From contig JALWUI010000063.1 of the NCBI GenBank assembly GCA_027082775.1, positions 4,975 to 68,974 of the forward strand: a stretch of DNA of 64,000 bases. Reading direction: 5' to 3'. Position 1 is the first letter of the stretch. Every line of letters starts with the position of its first letter. Below, in pieces: positions 58,738 through 64,000 of this stretch. The DNA is from Candidatus Kapaibacterium sp. Lineage in GTDB: Bacteria; Bacteroidota; Ignavibacteria; Kapaibacteriales; WFXC01. The position numbers were made by a program, and so were the translations under genes. The notes below the pieces were generated by a model. It did not search any database, had not been told where the DNA came from, and worked only from the letters and a program-made list of their open reading frames with translations.

Positions 58738-58800
58738 TGCAAATTTAAGCTGCTCGCTACCCGAATGCAAGAGCATTTTTTCCAAAATGTCACTGGAGAA
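58738..58800 (-). promoter_or_regulatory. Conserved upstream motif plus Bacteroidetes-type -33/-7 promoter (copy 2) for the Gly-rich lipoprotein gene
   Basis: Gene-sense sequence TTCTCCAGTGACATTTTGGAAAAAATGCTCTTGCATTCGGGTAGCGAGCAGCTTAAATTTG, with TTG-N20-TAAATTTG. Confidence 0.5.
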
Positions 58801-58957
58801 TGCTGGATACTCGTCGCTCGCGGCAGAAGAAATGGAGCGGCTGTGCCTACAGAATCGGGGGATGCTCAGTGGCAGCGGGATTTTCGTCCGCTCAAAATGT
58901 CACCAAAGGGGTTTTGAAAATTTCAGGAATTTTTGAAAATTTTTTGTAAGAGGCTGC

Positions 58958-59056
58958 CGTGGGAAGTGCACTGTTGCGGAAAACACGAGTGTAATTAGGC
59001 TCGAACCCGACATCGTTTTTGATGCGTGGGAAGTGCACTGTTGCGGAAAACACGAG
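58958..59056. repeat. Perfect 32-nt direct repeat pair (CGTGGGAAGTGCACTGTTGCGGAAAACACGAG) separated by 35 nt
   Basis: Copies at 58958-58989 and 59025-59056. Further degenerate direct repeats (CCCTTTGTG..GTGTAGRGGAGTCGGCGC) lie at 59156-59259. Confidence 0.6.
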
Positions 59057-59467
59057 GGGGAATCTGCAATTGAGATGGTCCACTTCCATTGCTGCTGGCT
59101 GCTTTGTGCTGGCGAAGTGTTAGCCGGATGAGCGGAAACGCTGCGTCGTATTGGCACTGCCGCTCCCTTTGTGGCAGTGTAGAGGAGTCGGCGCGTAATC
59201 TGCTCCTTTTTCTGCGCAATATTTGCCTGCCCTTTGTGCTGGTGTAGGGGAGTCGGCGCCGGGATAGGCACTGCTTGGGGAAACTGTCAGAGATACAGCA
59301 CGGGTGTGCTGTGGCTGCTGGACAGCGGGCGGTGTATGGTGTCGGCGCGTGGGTGGAGCAAAAATTGCGATTCTACACATTGATGACGGTGGCGCGTCTT
59401 CTGAATGTGCTCCGTTGCTTTCCGATTGGCAGGAGTTTTTGCCCGGTGTCAGCGCATCCTGGCGGTC

Positions 59468-61399
59468 TTAGAATTCCTGGAGTAAGAAGGTACGGTATCC
59501 TCGGGGAGAACGGTAGAGGATAACCGTGTAGGCACGCCCGCGGAGTGCGAAGAGATTTTCCAGCCGGGTGTAACGCTCTTCCGTTTCGGGATGCCAGAAT
59601 ACCAGAGTGGTTCGCCGCTCTCGCGGTAGCTGGATGAATTCGCTGTGTTCGCCAAAGGGAAGTGCTGTCAGCAGGAGATCCCCGTGCAGGGAATCGAGCG
59701 ACACATTGACCTCAGCAATGCCGTCTGCTAAGTGAAACAGACGGATTGCTGGATGCTCTACGCTTTTCGGTAGCTGGTAGAAAAGTGCGGTGACGAAGGA
59801 GGAGTCGTTGACGGGAGCAATCAATACTGCCGCTCGCTGCTCCGGTGTTCCCTGAAATGTAACAGGACGTTGATCAACTTCCACTGTTCCTGCATCCAGT
59901 GGCAACACAGTGGAAAGCTCGCTTTCAGCCGGCATTGTGAGCTGAGTAAACACGGGCGCTGCGGACAGCACGATGGGCTGGTTTTGCAAATTGACAACCC
60001 GGAGAAATCGACCGGTGGGCAATGGAGTGAGCTCAGTTTGCTCCTGACCCTGCGGCAACAGTACCATCTGAAGCTGCGCATTGCGATGCAGGACGACACC
60101 CAGATAGGAACGCTGCTGGAGGGTGGCGATGACGCCCTGGACAAAACGGTTTGCAGAATCCGGATGAAAGAAGGCAAGGGGAAAAACACCGGGAGACACG
60201 GGGACGGGCGATGATACAGTGCCAGTATGCCAGTTGTCTGCTAACACTTCACCACCTGCCAGCCGCCCGTCGGCAAGCTGTCGGGTGCCAGAAGCGGCAA
60301 GCAGGGAAGCATCGGATGTTGCATTGTACAACTGAATCACCGCCTGTCCAGCCGGTGGAGAGAGGGGATAGCTGTGCAGGAGCAATCGGATGCCACCGGT
60401 ATCCGCCGTTGCAACCAGCACATATTCCTTCTGCACTTCAAATTGTGCCGGGATTTTCCACACGCCCGAACCAGCGGTAACGGTCAGCGTGTCCTGCTCC
60501 ACACTTCGACAGGCTTCGATCGATACGGGCAATGATCGCTGCCACGGTGCTACGGCAGAGGCAATGGGCGTTTCGTTCAACTGGACGGCGATCGGATCTG
60601 TTGTTAAATTGGCAATGGTAAGTGTTGCTGTGAGCTCTGTTGTGGGCTCTGCAAGCTGCCACGCTGCAGCAGACTGCTGCTCGTTCAGAACTCCCAACTG
60701 CCACTGTCCCTGCGGATTCCGGAAGAGAATGAGGGTAAAGCTGAACGGTGCAGCAGTAGTGATGCGGACAAATTGCAAAACGGAATCCTGCTGCTGACGT
60801 CGACGCAGGACGCTCAGCACAAGATCGCCTGGCGGACGCTCCACAAAATTGGAAATTCGGGCATAGGGGACAAAGCCAAAAGTTGGATGTGCAGAAGGGC
60901 ATCCAACTGCGATGCCATACAGAGCGGAATCGGGAATAGCGTTCAGCAGGCGAATACCAACCTTAGAAACCGTTACCTCTGAAGGTGTGGGGAGCGCAAC
61001 CAGCGGTACGACTGTATCCCGTACTTTGCCGCCTTGCTCTATCTGGAGAACGACGAAGGTTGTGTACGTCCCTTTCCGCAGCACGACCGAATCCTGCCAG
61101 GTGGTATCCGTATCCGATCGGTGGATGCTTACAATCAGAGAATCAGCCGGTATTGCCCGGAGCGGTGAAAGTTGCGCATAGCCAACGTCGGCAATTGTGA
61201 GCAGATTGCCAATGGTGACACTCCGTACCTGGCGATCGGCGGCTAAATTCAGCACCCGGACAAATGCTGTGTCCGCTTGTAGCGGCTGGAGCAATGTGGG
61301 ATCTTCCTGAATCCAGCAGCCAGAGTTTCCAAGCAGTATTCCCAGCAATATCGCTATTCCGACCAGTAAGCCACTTCGCATCCTCTGCTCTCTTTTCAT
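59468..61399 (-). CDS. DUF4397-like repeat lipoprotein
   Basis: Lipobox LLGNSGC and repeated ..VR.vN...d...v.v modules (FVRVLNLAADRQV, IRLLNAIPDS, FLRVVNLQNQPIV). Confidence 0.5.
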   Translation of the reverse strand: MKREQRMRSGLLVGIAILLGILLGNSGCWIQEDPTLLQPLQADTAFVRVLNLAADRQVRSVTIGNLLTIADVGYAQLSPLRAIPADSLIVSIHRSDTDTTWQDSVVLRKGTYTTFVVLQIEQGGKVRDTVVPLVALPTPSEVTVSKVGIRLLNAIPDSALYGIAVGCPSAHPTFGFVPYARISNFVERPPGDLVLSVLRRRQQQDSVLQFVRITTAAPFSFTLILFRNPQGQWQLGVLNEQQSAAAWQLAEPTTELTATLTIANLTTDPIAVQLNETPIASAVAPWQRSLPVSIEACRSVEQDTLTVTAGSGVWKIPAQFEVQKEYVLVATADTGGIRLLLHSYPLSPPAGQAVIQLYNATSDASLLAASGTRQLADGRLAGGEVLADNWHTGTVSSPVPVSPGVFPLAFFHPDSANRFVQGVIATLQQRSYLGVVLHRNAQLQMVLLPQGQEQTELTPLPTGRFLRVVNLQNQPIVLSAAPVFTQLTMPAESELSTVLPLDAGTVEVDQRPVTFQGTPEQRAAVLIAPVNDSSFVTALFYQLPKSVEHPAIRLFHLADGIAEVNVSLDSLHGDLLLTALPFGEHSEFIQLPRERRTTLVFWHPETEERYTRLENLFALRGRAYTVILYRSPRGYRTFLLQEF

Positions 61400-61483
61400 C
61401 CGCAATACCCGTGTTGACGAATAACTCCGGGTTTGTATCCACTCTTTGCGGTAAAGGACACAGATAAAGCAAACCACTGGCTT

Positions 61484-61822
61484 GCCCGGACAACCCGGAG
61501 GGTTGTTCTACCAACGATGAAGCTCCACTGAAGCACGCATTTCCAGTAAACCGTAGGGGCGAATGCTGAGAGCGCCGACTTCCGCCGGCAAAGGTTAAAA
61601 CACCGTGTAGGGGCGAAGCGATGCTTCGCCCGGCGGGCGACCAGCCGGGTCGTCCCTACGCGTATGTGGCGACCAGCCGGGTCGCTGCTGCTGGGAGCGC
61701 TGGCTTTCGCCGGCAAAAATGCACCCTAAAGGGTGCGCTCCCAGTAAACGCACGCTGAAGCGTGCGCTCCCAGTAAATCCTACCCGAAGTGCCGACTGGA
61801 AGCGCCGACTTTAGCCGGGCAA
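61484..61822. repeat. Hairpin-array repeat cluster H (inverted orientation)
   Basis: Units GGACAACCCGGAGGGTTGTTC, GGGGCGAAGCGATGCTTCGCCC, GCGACCAGCCGGGTCG (2 copies), GCACCCTAAAGGGTGC, GCACGCTGAAGCGTGC, CCGACTGGAAGCGCCGACTTTAGCCGG. Confidence 0.75.
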
Positions 61823-61848
61823 AGGAGCGTTTACAAGGAAATTCTTTT

Positions 61849-62283
61849 TTACTCCGATACTTTTGGAACTCCCGCTGGTGGGTGTGCTGCCAGGTGCTGC
61901 GCTTCCCGGAGAAGCTGGTCGATCCGGTCCTGTGGCAACACGATCTGTGTCTGGAATCCTTCGGCAATTTTCCGGGATCGGGATACCGCTTCGATGCGGC
62001 ATTTGATGACTGGCAGCCGGACTTCGGTGACCGTGGCGGTGATCGTTACCTGATCTCCGACGGCTGCCATTGCCAGATGCTTCAGATACAGCTCGCCTCC
62101 AACAGCATTCTCGCCCGGATCGAAGAAGGATTCAATTGCGCGTCGGGCAGCAACTTCGCTATGATACGCCAGCCAGTACGTGGAGTAGACCGGGTGGATC
62201 AGGCGTCCATCCAGTACCGCTGTCATTTCCTCTGTGACCCGCACCGTAACGGTAGCACGGGAATGTGCAACTTCCGGTTTCAT
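61849..62283 (-). CDS. Hotdog-fold thioesterase family protein
   Basis: About 140 aa with a hotdog-like pattern (central helix region GGELYLKHLAMAAVGDQV). Family-level call only. Confidence 0.5.
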   Translation of the reverse strand: MKPEVAHSRATVTVRVTEEMTAVLDGRLIHPVYSTYWLAYHSEVAARRAIESFFDPGENAVGGELYLKHLAMAAVGDQVTITATVTEVRLPVIKCRIEAVSRSRKIAEGFQTQIVLPQDRIDQLLREAQHLAAHPPAGVPKVSE

Positions 62284-62348
62284 AGACTACACCCCATTTT
62301 GTGTTCGTTTATCCGTGCAATTGGGTGAAAAAGAAAGTTTGCAAATTT

Positions 62349-63701
62349 ATGAAAAGGGCTACAAGTAGCGGGACGGTACAATTGATCAGCTTTGGCTGCA
62401 AGTTGAACTACGCTGAAACCTCTGCCATCCGGCATCAACTGGAGGAAGCAGGGTTTGCGGTTGCTGCCTCGGACCAGATTCCCGATTACGTCATCATCAA
62501 CACGTGTGCTGTTACCTCACAGGCGGAAAGAGATGCGCGCAAAGCGATTCGCCGGGTCCACCGACTATTCCCGTCAGCGAAGATCGTGGTGACCGGCTGT
62601 TATGCACAACTCCGTCCCGAAGAATTAGCAGAGCAGCCCGGCGTTATTGCGGTATTCGGCAATGCCGCCAAGGGACAGATCGCTTCGTTCTTATCCTCGC
62701 ATCCGGAGGATTGTACGACGCATCTGTTTGTCTCCGATCCCGACGGTTTCTATCAGGCAGCGACGGCGCCGGAGGACAGTCGAACGCGGGCATTTTTGAA
62801 GGTGCAGGATGGCTGCGATTACAGGTGCAGTTACTGCACGATCCCGAAAGCGCGGGGCAAAAGTCGGGGAATGGCAATAGAGGAAGTGTTGCAGCACATT
62901 GAGGCACTGGAGCAGGCAGGCTATCCGGAAGTGGTGTTGACCGGGATCAATCTTGGGGATTATCGAGATCCACAGAATCGTAAATTTTTCCAGTTGCTTC
63001 AGGCGATTGAGGCGATGCGTCCTGGGCTTCGAGTGCGTATTTCCTCCATTGAACCGAATCTGGTCACCGAATCGATCGTGTCTTTGATCGCCCAATCTTC
63101 CGTTTTTTGCCCCCATTTCCATCTGCCGTTGCAAAGTGGGTCGCCAGCCATCCTGCGTCGGATGCGCCGGCGGTACACGGTGGAAACGTACCGTCAGAAG
63201 GTATCGATGATTCTGGAAGCTATGCCCAATTGCGCTATTGGCGTCGATGTCATTGTCGGATTTCCGGGGGAAACGGAAGAACACTTCCAGCAAACGTACG
63301 AGTTTCTGGAAAGTCTCCCAGTGGCGTATCTGCACGTCTTCAGCTACTCCGAACGTTCCGGAACGGATGCTGCGCTGTTCTCGAACAAAGTGCCGGCAGA
63401 AGAGAAAAAGCGGCGATCGCAGCTATTACGGCGACTGTCGGAGCAGAAGCGGCAGGCGTTTGCACAACGATTCGTTGGGCAGACGCTGGAATGGATTCCG
63501 GAGCAGTATGATCCACAGCACGGTGGATGGGTTGGATGGACGGAAAATTACATCCGGCTGTTTGTGCCTGCGCCGGCAACGCTGGCACATCGGCGATATA
63601 CCGTGCATATCCATCGCCGTAAAGCGGCGCAACTGGTTGGTGACATTGCCGAGCCGTTGACCGCCCCAGCAGCCGTGGTACAATTACCGGTGGTGTCGTA
63701 G
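62349..63701 (+). CDS. mtaB: Radical-SAM methylthiotransferase (MtaB-like; MiaB family)
   Basis: MTTase N-domain (LISFGCKLN..NTCAVT), radical-SAM CDYRCSYC cluster motif, C-terminal TRAM-like region. Confidence 0.75.
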   Translation: MKRATSSGTVQLISFGCKLNYAETSAIRHQLEEAGFAVAASDQIPDYVIINTCAVTSQAERDARKAIRRVHRLFPSAKIVVTGCYAQLRPEELAEQPGVIAVFGNAAKGQIASFLSSHPEDCTTHLFVSDPDGFYQAATAPEDSRTRAFLKVQDGCDYRCSYCTIPKARGKSRGMAIEEVLQHIEALEQAGYPEVVLTGINLGDYRDPQNRKFFQLLQAIEAMRPGLRVRISSIEPNLVTESIVSLIAQSSVFCPHFHLPLQSGSPAILRRMRRRYTVETYRQKVSMILEAMPNCAIGVDVIVGFPGETEEHFQQTYEFLESLPVAYLHVFSYSERSGTDAALFSNKVPAEEKKRRSQLLRRLSEQKRQAFAQRFVGQTLEWIPEQYDPQHGGWVGWTENYIRLFVPAPATLAHRRYTVHIHRRKAAQLVGDIAEPLTAPAAVVQLPVVS

Positions 63702-63703
63702 CG

Positions 63704-64000
63704 ATGGCAGGACCGATCCACACACATCGGCGCGTTGCGCTGTTGCTGGAATACGATGGTACGCAGTACTCCGGATGGCAGCGGCAATTGAATGCGCCGT
63801 CGATCCAGGAAGTGCTGGAAAATACGTTCCGCCGAATGCTGGGACGGTACATCAACGTCATTGCAGCAGGCAGAACCGATGCTGGTGTCCACGCCCTGGG
63901 ACAGGTTGCGCACGTGGATTTGCCGTCGACTGTGACGTTGCCCCCGCTGAATCTGGCGAAGGCATTGAACACAATGTTGCCACCGGATATCCGCATTTTG
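63704..64000 (+). CDS. truA: tRNA pseudouridine(38-40) synthase TruA, 3' partial (runs off the window)
   Basis: Translation MAGPIHTHRRVALLLEYDGTQYSGWQRQ...AAGRTDAGVHALGQVAHVDLP contains the TruA catalytic motif GRTDAGVHA. It is absent from the ORF track because no stop lies within the window. Confidence 0.8.
   Translation, partial: MAGPIHTHRRVALLLEYDGTQYSGWQRQLNAPSIQEVLENTFRRMLGRYINVIAAGRTDAGVHALGQVAHVDLPSTVTLPPLNLAKALNTMLPPDIRIL

Noticed and set aside
58895-58960. AT-rich run GGGGTTTTGAAAATTTCAGGAATTTTTGAAAATTTTTTGTAAG as a terminator.
   Set aside because: No stable GC hairpin precedes the T-runs. It sits upstream of, not downstream of, the adjacent gene's start, so it is more likely promoter-proximal AT-rich DNA.
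6745-61822. Possibility that the hairpin arrays are CRISPR arrays.
   Set aside because: The units are different palindromes of varying length rather than one repeat. Spacing is irregular, copies are inverted relative to each other, and there is no leader or cas gene.

Overview
The window is a 64-kb chromosomal segment, probably from a GC-rich (about 55-58%) bacterium of the FCB group (Bacteroidota, Ignavibacteriota or Chlorobiota-like). That inference rests on eight proteins whose C-termini resemble the type IX secretion (T9SS) sorting domain, on promoter-like TTG..TAnnTTTG (-33/-7) motifs, and on the absence of strong Shine-Dalgarno sequences.

The window has two parts:
- A housekeeping block: a 5'-partial Fe-S CCG-domain oxidoreductase, an MBL-fold hydrolase, an OmpA/TolB-like protein, cyclophilin, uracil-DNA glycosylase, holA, two Opp/Dpp-like permeases, an HD-GYP protein, murI, an RlmI-like methyltransferase, a peptide-binding protein, an NlpC/P60 peptidase, a purK-DUF4269-MlaF-like operon, and at the right edge mtaB and a 3'-partial truA.
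- Two accessory regions. The first is a tRNA-Met-adjacent hsdM/hsdS islet with an embedded HTH-ImmA/IrrE + DUF4411 gene pair and a DUF559 pseudogene. The second is a roughly 40-kb island dense in secreted proteins: large T9SS cargo proteins with HAF repeats, two HExxH metalloprotease-motif proteins, a BNR/Asp-box protein, a glycine-rich lipoprotein and a DUF4397 lipoprotein. It also holds an ECF-like sigma factor, two paralogous ~530-aa helical cytoplasmic proteins, and an AT-rich islet encoding a Cys-rich Sushi-like secreted protein.

The most unusual structure is a dispersed family of composite GC-rich hairpin-array repeats, at least eight clusters of about 240-530 bp. Adjacent clusters carry near-identical 80-150-bp modules as direct repeats bracketing individual accessory genes: the RM islet, the 1244-aa T9SS gene, and the HAF-metzincin gene. 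In addition, three secreted-protein genes (plus a partial copy at a fourth) share a conserved ~40-nt upstream motif fused to a Bacteroidetes-type -33/-7 promoter.

All protein calls come from reading motifs in the translated ORFs; no database searches were run.
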